From NCBI GenBank assembly GCA_039798065.1, contig JBDKGS010000001.1:1-61341 (forward strand): a stretch of 61,341 nt of DNA, in the 5' to 3' direction. Position 1 is the stretch's first letter; the number at the start of each line of letters is the position of its first letter. This document shows positions 16,604-26,300 of this stretch, piece by piece. Source of the stretch: Fibrobacterota bacterium. Its GTDB lineage: Bacteria > Fibrobacterota > Fibrobacteria > UBA5070. The translations under genes and the position numbers were made by a program. The notes beneath the pieces are model-generated. The model saw nothing but the letters and a program-made list of their open reading frames with translations. It did not search any database and was not told where the DNA came from.

Positions 16604-17155
16604 TTACTGATAAAATACCTTGAATGTATTGCCTGCACTATCTTTTGCGACACCTTCTACCAAAGGATTATAGCACGTGTAATCCTTTGGATTGCCCGGC
16701 TTACAATTTGTGTAAACTATTGATTCTGCCATTAACGTCAACCCCGAGTCGCACATATACACTTCCTTGCTGTGTAATCCTTTATTGTATGAATCACCGT
16801 CACAATAGCCGCGGCCATAGACAAGCTCCCATTCATCACGCAAGGTGAAATTGAAGACGCTCATCGTATCTCGACTGAGATTGTCGCCTAAGCTTCTAAT
16901 CCAAATGCAAGAACGCTTCTTGCCGCTTGAAAACACCAAGTCATCAACCCCTTTCTCAGATGCTCCAACCTGACGATCCAGGTATAAGTATCGGGCCCCC
17001 TGGTATGTTTTTTTGGGTTCTCGCGGAACGAAAATCACTCTGGAACTACATCCCAGAATCGGAACGAAAGAAAATACACATATAATCAGCAGCAACGAAA
17101 ACGGCATCACTCTATTGAATTGGTAAACACGCCCTGAAAATGTGAGAATTCTCAT
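16604..17155 (-). CDS. lipoprotein, candidate cognate immunity protein of the RHS toxin tip
   Basis: Start ATG overlaps the RHS stop (ATGA 17152-17155). Hydrophobic segment plus lipobox FSLLLIICVFSFVPILGCSS. The position immediately 3' of a polymorphic toxin is typical of immunity genes. The true start may be the internal ATG at 17107. Confidence 0.6.
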   Translation of the reverse strand: MRILTFSGRVYQFNRVMPFSLLLIICVFSFVPILGCSSRVIFVPREPKKTYQGARYLYLDRQVGASEKGVDDLVFSSGKKRSCIWIRSLGDNLSRDTMSVFNFTLRDEWELVYGRGYCDGDSYNKGLHSKEVYMCDSGLTLMAESIVYTNCKPGNPKDYTCYNPLVEGVAKDSAGNTFKVFYQ

Positions 17156-20100
17156 TTTGCCCCAGGCGCCTTATTAATTGCAGAATTGTCACCATCAAGA
17201 TATTTAGCGAACCAGTCCTCGTCTTTTGCACTCCACCACCAACTGGGACGACTTGCTACTACACCTGCAGTAAGTAGGTTTGAGCAATTCATTCCAGCTT
17301 CTCCACAAGCTTGATGTTGCGGGCCAGGAATACCGTAAACCGGTACAAATACCCAGTCTCCAGCTCTCCTGCCATCTGAACCGGTTTGTAATCCAGACCA
17401 AATCAAACCAACCCCAAGTCCATATCCATTCGCAACCATATCACCTGGTGTATCATATAACCAATCCAACAAAGGCTGATCATCAAACGGATGGCCGCCG
17501 GTTCCTTTATAGCCCTTGGCCACTTCATAGCCAATATCATACGCCAAAGCCACAATCGACAAAATCGTTTTAGGCAAAAAATTCACAATTGAATTATATG
17601 TGCCTGTAACCTCTCTCGCGGCCTCATTAACATAGTGAAAATTATTCAACGCGTGTAAAATCTTGAAATCATTTCGGCTTGCGGCGATCCAAGCTTTACT
17701 GTACCGACTCATGTCCGCTTGAGAATTGCTGTATGCGCGCGACTTCGCAGCACTAAAGTCCATCCACATCCCTGTGGGGTCAATACCTTCTAAAGGACTA
17801 TTTCCCGTATAGGAGTAAGGCGTCCAAAACTGCTCCCCAGCGTCTCTTCCCGTGAAGCTTCCTCGTTCTGGCGAGTACCATCTGGCGTTGAAATACCAAT
17901 CGCCCATGGCAGCCTCGTAGACTTTTCCCTGGTAGAGTAGTTCCGTGGTCAGTTGGGTCCAGCTTTCCTCGATGTTCCCCCACGGATCCCAGATCCAACG
18001 ACCCAGCACAGCTCCAGTGTCAGAAAGCAGAGCCTGAGTGGTGCCTTGGTGGTCGACGAGCACGTAGCGCACTCGCGTTTTCCCAGAGGAATCCGTCGCC
18101 TCCGCCACGCGATTGAGGCCGCTGTAGACGTGCCAGTTCCAGCCGTGGTCCGATCCACTATCAGCAACGATGGACGAACCGTCGTAGACCCACTTGTGGG
18201 TCACGGTCCAGCTGGACGTGTCGCTTCCCTTGCCGATGGCCGATAGAATCCGGTTCCCGTCTTCGCCGTAGTCGAAGCGCAGCCAAGTGGTGTCCAAGTT
18301 CGCCAGCCGATTGATGATCCTCACCCTCTCCAGCTCGTCCCGTTTGTTGAAACGCCGCTCAACCACGCGCCAGGCCTTTGAAAGTGTTCCGGTGTCGGCA
18401 ACTTGGGCGAAGCTCGCTTCCACGGACAGGTTGCCCCGAGCGTCATGCCTGTAACTCGTCCAGCCCTTACGGGCCGTATAGCCGGTGGCCACGCGGTTGG
18501 CCACGTAGGTAAAGGTGTCGCTCGCGCCACGCCCCATGGGGTGGGACAGGCGGGTTCGATTTCCGTTGGGATCGAAGCCGGTTGATATTGCCTGTCCATC
18601 GGGGTAGCGGATGTTGTTGAGCTGGTAGAGGCGATCCACGTCGAAGCCCAAGGTATCCCCCAAATTTCGGCGCATCCCTGCCACATTCCCAGCGCCATCC
18701 CAGCTCATGCGTTGAAGATACAGCGTGTCCTTGGTCGTGGAGTTGTTCTTCTGCACAAGGCTCTGTGTCAGGTATAGGCGCTGAGCCTCGAAATTGTTCG
18801 TTTCCGTCAACCTCGCTCCCATTCCGTATCCCGCCACTAGGTCATTTTGACGGTAGCTGATGTCGTGCAGAACCGCGATTGAATCGTTTCCGTGAACCAC
18901 GGATTCGGATGACAGGCGATGGTAGAGATCGTAGGATGTCGACACATGGGCCATACCAGGCAAATCCTGTCGAACAACCCCTCCTCCAAGATCATATCGC
19001 CAGGATTGATTCACCGAATACAGCGACGGCATCGCGAGGCCTCGCGACAAGCGGCGCCCCATTACATCGTAAGTGTAAGCAGCAGTCACTCCTGTGCCTC
19101 GCGTGATCCCGAGCAACCGACCAAGATCGGCAACTGCACCGAAGTTGTCCCATGCGTAGGTGACATTTTCGCGAGCACTTGCGCCGTAGCTTTCCGCCAA
19201 CAAACGCGACAGGCCATCGTAGGTCATAACCTTGACTGTGAGCGACTCCGGATGCGTCACCATCTGCACGGTATCCGTAACAAGGCGAGAACCAAGATCG
19301 TAGCCCATCGCATGGCGTATATCGTCCGGATAGACATTCCACAGCAATCGATTGCGCTCATCGTAACGTCGCGTTTCAACCAGCCCCTTGGGGTCGGTCA
19401 GTTTAACCAAGTTCCCGAGATTGTCGAAGACTTGTCGCACCTTGATGGTACCGGTAGCCGCTGGCGCAGGAACACCCGCTGACGCGTCACCACCCAACCG
19501 CAATTGGAACGCTCCCGAATCGCGCTCGATCAGCGTGTCACGTCCAAAACCATCCCAATGGAAGGTGGTCTTGACACCCAATGGATCCTGTTCGACCAAG
19601 AGTCGGGCACTGTCGTTGTAGAAATAGCCGTTCTCCCAAGAAAGAGAGCGACTACTTGCTAGAGCTGGTTGCAGATAGACACGGCTTGTCGTCAGTCGAC
19701 CCGTACCATCGTAGTTGTGAAATTCTTCTCGGGCATCAGCATCTCTTTTCCACTGCAGCTTGTCGAAGATGTTGTAGGAGAAAAGAGTGGTGGTTTGTTT
19801 CGACGTATCTGTTGTAGACGGGTCGCTTCCCTTAGCTATCCGTTTTTCTGCGACCATGCGTCCTGTGCCATCAAAACGAGCTTCGATCGTCACTCCCGAT
19901 GGGTCGGTCTGCCGTACCGCGAGCGTCTTCTGGTTCGGGTAGTTGCTCGCGAAACCTTGAACCTTGCGCCAGGCGCTGGTCGGCTGTAGGCGATCGACGT
20001 ATCCGAATGACACCACACCGCCGTCGGGGTTAGTCACTGATACGGGTCGGCCCAAACGATCATATTGCCTCGTGGCAACTCGCCCACCTGGATCCTTCGT

Positions 20101-23100
20101 GGCGAGCACCCAGCCATGATCCACATCGAAGAAGCGACTGGTATCCAAGACGGATCCTGTCGGCGACACACCTGGGGTCTGTGCGCTCACATACAAGCGG
20201 CTCCGAGCTGGCAGCATCTGGAAAATGCTGTCATAAGTGGTCTCCTGGACGGAGACCGAATTTGGCCCAAGGTACCGACTTGTTCGGAAGGGAAGCAACG
20301 GACGGTTCTGGGCCTCGGCATAGGCTATATCCAGACTTGGCTGCCAAGCTCCGTTCAACCAAATCCGCTGACGGACTACGCGTGGCAAAGGAGTTGGCAA
20401 GCTCGCTCCCTTCCAATCCTGATATTCGGTCGAGTCGGCGACAAGCACCGAGTCGTTTGGATTAAAGGTTGTGGTTCCAGAAGCAACGCCACCCTTGCGC
20501 CAAACGCGCGAGCTTGTGCCCAAACCCAGCTGATACAGGCTGTCCAGGCGGAAATTTGGGTTTGGCTTGGCGTTCACTGCGACGACCTTCAGGATGCCGC
20601 CTGTCGCCGAATCCTTGACGATGCTCGTGTCGCGGGTGATGCTCCAAAACTCTCCGTTGCGGCGATGCTGCACACCATACCGGGTGTCGACTTCAGGACA
20701 AGACACCGTTACACTGATTCCCGTCGAAGCAATGACGGAATCCGTCTTCAGCTTGTTCGAGAGATCGGATGGGCACACGCGTTCGCGAATTACACCACCA
20801 TCATCATCGTACTCCCAGGTCGTGATTTTCGGATCGTATTTCGCGGACATTCCACGCGAATCGATTTGCACGATCTTGCGATCGCCATTGTACTGGTACT
20901 GCGTGCGTTTCATTCCAGGCGCCCCAGCCCCGTGGTACTCCGCCATCAACAGGAATCGACTGGTCCTGAATTCCAGACTGTCTAGCACCTTGTCGGTGTC
21001 GTGAATGGTTCCGTCGAGACGCTGGACCGTCGTGCGCCCCTGGTACCCGTGCTTCTTCATGTTCACGTTCTGCGATTCCAACATGGGTGCAAAGACGTAC
21101 CAGTCGGTTGTTTCCGATTGCCTCCATGCATCCCGTGGATTCACGACGTGATCCGGCTGCATCAACTGTGTGTGGATTGAAGTGCGTAAGGCCTGTGGCC
21201 GCCCCGCCGTCCATCCGTCATAGAAGTAATCTCGCTCCAAACGGAACTTCTGATCGTTTCTGTCTGGATACTCAACAACCGCCCGGACGAAACCGTCAAA
21301 GGTCGTGTTCCGCTCACCCGAATAGGCATAGGAAGTCCTGCTTCCGTTCGCATGGTCGATCTGGTACAAATCGCCATTTGAGTACGAGAAGGTCGTTGTG
21401 TCGATTTGAGTGGAATTCACACGCTTGGCTTCCCAGTTAACCACGGTGGTGGAATCGAACACGTTGCCGTTTTTCCCCGAGTAGGCGAGGTAGGGATGGC
21501 TTCCCATGCCACCCCAAACCGTATCTACAGCCCTTGCCAATTGTCCATTCTGGCCGAGTACGCCAGAAATCACATGATTTCCTGAAACAACTGACCCGCG
21601 GCCCGTTGCCCCTTCCCAAGCGGCGATCACGTGGTGCAAAGAATCGCGACGGATCGTAACGGAGTCGCCTGTAGGGTGACGAAACTTCGACGGTACAGCC
21701 CAATACGAATGGTAACCCACCTGATCGAACACCATGCCTTTGTCGGCACGACCTGCGCCGAAAACAATTTGAGTGCCTCCCGGATCCTTGACGAGGTAAT
21801 ACCCGGTGGAATCCATCGCACGACTGGATTTGATAGCATCATCGCTAGGATCTTGACCAAGATCCTCGACATCAGGCACACCTTGGGGCAAGCAGAAGTA
21901 CACCTTTCTTTGGTCCACATTCGACAAGCTCACGTAGCTGACCCATTTCCGTCCATCAACCGTTCGCGCGGAATCGTCGGATAGAATGAACCGGGACGCT
22001 CCTCCATCCGCTCCGACCAGATGCAAGTCAGGCATCGGATGCCGCGACTCGCTGGAATAGTCTACGACCGTATCAAATGTCGCGTAAGAGTTACCATCCT
22101 CATCCTTTGGACAAGCTGGCTGCCCTTCAGATCCACATGTCTGCACGATGGTCGTCTGACTCCACATTCTTTGGAATCGTCCTTGGGCCTTCTGCAATTC
22201 AGGATCAAGGTTTGTCCCAAGCATCCCCGTGTACCCGTTAACACCCAGTACCCATGGATTGAGAGTCACGAATCCTACATCAAACGTCTTGGCAGCTTCC
22301 GCCTGTTCGTAGATATACAGACGCATCAGTTGGATTGCGGTCGCAACAGCTACCCCGGCTACCCCGCCCGCCATTCCACCGCCCACGATGTTTGATGCGA
22401 TGGACTGACCTGCCATCGTTCCAACTTGCCAAGCCGCATCCTCGACGCTCTCCTGTCCCGTCCCGAGATTGTAAGCCATATCCGCCATGGTGAGATAGGG
22501 AACACCCGAAGTACTCAACAGGCTGTTCGCCCCGGCATTGATGTATTGCCCACCCATGTTTTGCGAAACCGACAGAATCGCTGAACCACACTTTGCCCAG
22601 TGGTCAGAACACTCCTTGATGGTCCCGTAATCCTTCGCAGCGCTGGTGAACATATAGATCGCAGCCCCCAAGGCTTGCTGGGCGGCCATGTTGTCGGCTT
22701 GAAGTTTTTTCAACCAGACCGTGTCACTTGCGGACATCACGAACGTTTTGCGCTTGGAGTCCATGATTTCCTTGCGATTGTTCATGTCGATCAACCAAGA
22801 GGAGTATTTCTTGTTGATCGCTTGTCTGATCGCATCCGATGCCGCCGCCTGAAACATGTTGACCGATACCGACTGGACGAAGCCCCATGTCGAGGGTAGA
22901 TCCGTCATCGATCCGTATTTCTGGATCCGTCTGGTCGCGAATCCGCCGATGTCCATTACATCATTTTGAACGATTCGCTCACTGAAGGTTGGCTTCTGTT
23001 TGGACGCATTGCTCGGATCAATGGCGTTGTAATCCATATCGTATTGGAACGAGAACAGCGGATCGCGCCAGTGGCTGTTCCAGGAGCGTGTGAGATTGAC

Positions 23101-23307
23101 TCCAAGCGGAGCACCAGGAAGATCCGCCGGCGTCGAGGTGACGACAAGATTGCCATTGAGATTGGAGACCACCCCTTCCGCACCGGAACGCTTGTAACTG
23201 TGGGTTGGACTCAAGCCTTGCTCGTTGTGGCGAGAAAGTAATGCGTAGGAAGCTTTCGGGAAAGCCAACACGCAGACCACGAAACTTGCTGTCAAAATCC
23301 GGCGCAT
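17152..23307 (-). CDS. RHS/YD-repeat polymorphic toxin (2,051 aa) with variable C-terminal toxin domain
   Basis: Signal peptide MRRILTASFVVCVLAFPKASYA. N-terminal RHS plug-type motif SNLNGNLVVTSTPADLPGAPLGVNLTRSWNS. Many YD repeats (YDRLGRPVSVTNPDGG, FDGTGRMV, YDGTGRLT, WDGFGRDT, FDNLGNLVKLTDPKG, YDERNRLL, YDGLSRLL, YDVMGRRL). Core-end motif PLEGIDPTGMW followed by a 203-aa unrelated tail. The start ATG overlaps the upstream stop (TGATG). Confidence 0.93.
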   Translation of the reverse strand: MRRILTASFVVCVLAFPKASYALLSRHNEQGLSPTHSYKRSGAEGVVSNLNGNLVVTSTPADLPGAPLGVNLTRSWNSHWRDPLFSFQYDMDYNAIDPSNASKQKPTFSERIVQNDVMDIGGFATRRIQKYGSMTDLPSTWGFVQSVSVNMFQAAASDAIRQAINKKYSSWLIDMNNRKEIMDSKRKTFVMSASDTVWLKKLQADNMAAQQALGAAIYMFTSAAKDYGTIKECSDHWAKCGSAILSVSQNMGGQYINAGANSLLSTSGVPYLTMADMAYNLGTGQESVEDAAWQVGTMAGQSIASNIVGGGMAGGVAGVAVATAIQLMRLYIYEQAEAAKTFDVGFVTLNPWVLGVNGYTGMLGTNLDPELQKAQGRFQRMWSQTTIVQTCGSEGQPACPKDEDGNSYATFDTVVDYSSESRHPMPDLHLVGADGGASRFILSDDSARTVDGRKWVSYVSLSNVDQRKVYFCLPQGVPDVEDLGQDPSDDAIKSSRAMDSTGYYLVKDPGGTQIVFGAGRADKGMVFDQVGYHSYWAVPSKFRHPTGDSVTIRRDSLHHVIAAWEGATGRGSVVSGNHVISGVLGQNGQLARAVDTVWGGMGSHPYLAYSGKNGNVFDSTTVVNWEAKRVNSTQIDTTTFSYSNGDLYQIDHANGSRTSYAYSGERNTTFDGFVRAVVEYPDRNDQKFRLERDYFYDGWTAGRPQALRTSIHTQLMQPDHVVNPRDAWRQSETTDWYVFAPMLESQNVNMKKHGYQGRTTVQRLDGTIHDTDKVLDSLEFRTSRFLLMAEYHGAGAPGMKRTQYQYNGDRKIVQIDSRGMSAKYDPKITTWEYDDDGGVIRERVCPSDLSNKLKTDSVIASTGISVTVSCPEVDTRYGVQHRRNGEFWSITRDTSIVKDSATGGILKVVAVNAKPNPNFRLDSLYQLGLGTSSRVWRKGGVASGTTTFNPNDSVLVADSTEYQDWKGASLPTPLPRVVRQRIWLNGAWQPSLDIAYAEAQNRPLLPFRTSRYLGPNSVSVQETTYDSIFQMLPARSRLYVSAQTPGVSPTGSVLDTSRFFDVDHGWVLATKDPGGRVATRQYDRLGRPVSVTNPDGGVVSFGYVDRLQPTSAWRKVQGFASNYPNQKTLAVRQTDPSGVTIEARFDGTGRMVAEKRIAKGSDPSTTDTSKQTTTLFSYNIFDKLQWKRDADAREEFHNYDGTGRLTTSRVYLQPALASSRSLSWENGYFYNDSARLLVEQDPLGVKTTFHWDGFGRDTLIERDSGAFQLRLGGDASAGVPAPAATGTIKVRQVFDNLGNLVKLTDPKGLVETRRYDERNRLLWNVYPDDIRHAMGYDLGSRLVTDTVQMVTHPESLTVKVMTYDGLSRLLAESYGASARENVTYAWDNFGAVADLGRLLGITRGTGVTAAYTYDVMGRRLSRGLAMPSLYSVNQSWRYDLGGGVVRQDLPGMAHVSTSYDLYHRLSSESVVHGNDSIAVLHDISYRQNDLVAGYGMGARLTETNNFEAQRLYLTQSLVQKNNSTTKDTLYLQRMSWDGAGNVAGMRRNLGDTLGFDVDRLYQLNNIRYPDGQAISTGFDPNGNRTRLSHPMGRGASDTFTYVANRVATGYTARKGWTSYRHDARGNLSVEASFAQVADTGTLSKAWRVVERRFNKRDELERVRIINRLANLDTTWLRFDYGEDGNRILSAIGKGSDTSSWTVTHKWVYDGSSIVADSGSDHGWNWHVYSGLNRVAEATDSSGKTRVRYVLVDHQGTTQALLSDTGAVLGRWIWDPWGNIEESWTQLTTELLYQGKVYEAAMGDWYFNARWYSPERGSFTGRDAGEQFWTPYSYTGNSPLEGIDPTGMWMDFSAAKSRAYSNSQADMSRYSKAWIAASRNDFKILHALNNFHYVNEAAREVTGTYNSIVNFLPKTILSIVALAYDIGYEVAKGYKGTGGHPFDDQPLLDWLYDTPGDMVANGYGLGVGLIWSGLQTGSDGRRAGDWVFVPVYGIPGPQHQACGEAGMNCSNLLTAGVVASRPSWWWSAKDEDWFAKYLDGDNSAINKAPGAK

Positions 23308-26300
23308 CACGGGGTCCACCTCACGTTGTCAACAAGCATTCGAGTTCCATTCGGAGCATTTGCGTTCACAGAAAGCATGAATTTTGCAGTGGTCCCCAAG
23401 CCGTAGAGCGAGCCACTGAAGGGGATGTTGATCGTTGTCCATCCCGTCGAGACCGAATTCGGGATGTTGGCCAAGTATTGATCCCAGTTATACCTATATG
23501 GCGAGTCATCGACGAAGAACCATGCTTGCTCCCATCCCTGTAGGACAAATTCTGACTTCAAGTCGAAACTCAACGTCCGGGCTATCGTCAACGATGAATC
23601 GACTGGCACGGTGAAGGCCAATGCAGTTCCACCTCCTACAGGCGCGAATGCTGTGGCTTTCCTCGATCCATCAGTGACTATCGCACATTGATTGCAGCTG
23701 ATGAAGCGGGACAGCGAGTCCATCGAGATTGAATTGCTTGGGGCCGTGTAGTTCGTATCAACGACGGTAGAGTCTCCACCCGAGCCGCTGGCTCCTTCGA
23801 CACTGACCGAACCGATGTCGAACTTGAAACTCGACGTGCCGTTCCCATGGCCATTCGCCAAAAACTGGAGATCGAAGGGACGTCCAAGTACGTAAGACGC
23901 TGGATTGTACTGGAATCGCAACGTGATCCACTTGCCAACAGCGGAGTCCAGCGCCGTTCCACTGAGAGGGGTCAACTCCAGCGTACTCCAAGTCTGGTTA
24001 TCAAAGGTTGATGCCATCAGTGTCCCAGCCCAAGCCGTACCAGTCATCTGCGCCGGGTCAACGTACACTTCGACATCGACCACCGAATGGTGTACCCAAG
24101 CCGTGTCGAAAATGAAGGTGTGCTTGATATTCCAGTCAGGCTTCGACTGGATCACCTGTACACCCTTTCTTCCCGCGTCGGTAACTGATTGCGTGATTAG
24201 CAACGGATCTCGTCCAGTGGATGGCAATGCTGCAACATCTCCGGCGGCGATACTGGTATTCGTCGTGGTGCCGATCAGCCCGGTGGAATCCACACAGGCC
24301 CCTGAGAGGTTCACCACTGCTGCGGAAGGCATCGCAGTGTCCGCTGGCACCCGGATGCCTTCCCTGGCCCAGTAGGTAACCGTGTCAGGAGATTCCCAAG
24401 CTTCCGTACCCCACAACCTTTTCCAACCGCCGGCTTGCTTGTAGTCGATTACAATGCCGTCGAATAGAGCCGAAGACGGCGACGCATCCGGTGCGAAGTG
24501 TTGGCGCGACTGACCGTTCGAGAATACGGAGTCCGAGAATCCAAGGCTCCAAATCGCCTCCCAACCCTTACCAGCTGCAAGCGGTACAGAAGAAGCCCAG
24601 GTCAGCTGATGCCCTCGATTAGCGTTCCGCCCCACGATGTCGGTCGAAAGTGCGAAGCTCCAGGCAGTATCCTGCGGCACGAACCAGTTCGAAGAAACCG
24701 ACTCGTCGGTGCCCATGGCGCCAATGTTGTTTGAGAAACTGGAACCCACCGAGGACGAATTCCAATACTCTGCCCTGATCCGAAGGCTGTCCGAGAACAA
24801 CGGCTGTGGAGCAACGTTCAGCAGTCGGAAGTCCATCCGCGTGCTACCCAGGTTCGGGATCGGATATGCCGAACCAACCGCGATAGCTCCGATCCTGCGC
24901 GTGGTTACACGCGTCCCTGGGTCGTACTTGGCGAAGCGGATGCCCGTCAGGTACAGGTCGGCTCGGCGAGCGGAATCCACCTCCGACGAGGCTGTATTGT
25001 CCAGCATGAACTTCAGGAAGAGCTTCGTCATATCCGAATTCGCGGACAACGAGGTCTGGTAGAGCTCGTCCAGGGGAATCGAGACCTTCTGCCATCTCCT
25101 CAACAGATGAGAGGAAGGTAGGTAGGCCTGGATCAGGTTGAAATCCTCTTCGGACGAATGGTTGTTGTCTCCCGTACCCGGCTGCACTTGATGGGTCAGC
25201 CAGATGCGCACTGGAACATCCCGATGGTTGCGCGTCGGCCATTCCCTGGAGGAGGCCACCCAGAATTCCAGGTGCGTGAACCGGTTCCGGTCCAATGCCG
25301 CAGTCGGCGCATCGAAACGCACGCCATCCAACGTAACGCTCGAGAAGGGAAGGGAAAGGATCGAATCTCCCGCGATCGGGAGCAATCGAACCGGGCACGA
25401 TCCATCCCGAGCAACAAGATCCACCGAAGCCTTCCAGCTTGGGAAGGCAGTTGAGGTTGATCCCCAGGCACTGCCAGGGATCCAGGTCCCGCGACTTCCG
25501 GTTAAGATCTGCAAGGAATCAATCGCTTTTGCCGAAGAGGTTGACCAGACAGTCACAGAATCCAAACCAACTCGAGTCGGGTCCAGAATATCAAACGCTC
25601 GTAAGCGAAGCACAATCTTGCCGGTATCTGGTACCACAAAAGAATCAATAGAGCCGACTCGTATCACACGTCCGATCGAATCGATCCAATGGAACTGGAG
25701 GGGATGACCGAGCGGATCCACAGATGCATCCGCCGAGGCGAATAAGCGCGCCCCCGGTGTCGTATTTCCGTTCACCGTGATGTGGGCTCGGATCTGATGA
25801 ATGGAATCGATCGCCATTACCGGATCGACAAGATCTTCAGGCGTCCAGTAGGAAACCGTTCTCGAATCTTCATTCGGCGCCAAGCCCCAGGCGCGAACCC
25901 AATCACCATTCGACATGAGGTGATCGAGAATAATGTGAGGCGCGAACTGATCGATGCTGTCTAGATTCGGCCAACTCCACGCTAGGGAGCGGACACCATC
26001 GAAACTTGTCATTGGTATCCGGTTGGCAGGCAAGCCGGAATGAGCCAAACGCCCGGAATAATTTTCAACTGCAAACCAGAAGGAAGCGGAAGCAGTCGAC
26101 TGCAACTTCAGTCCGACATCCGGACCGCTGGTATTTCCAACCCACCGAATCTCCCCAAAATGATTCGAATGCAACCCAGGTGGCACTAAGGAATCATGAG
26201 ATAATGCTGCCATCTTGAGTTGAGGGCCATCAATGGTGGAATCGGTCGGCATGCCTCGATTCCAATCCAGAGCCACAGTGTCCGGTCCTACCCAAGTTGT

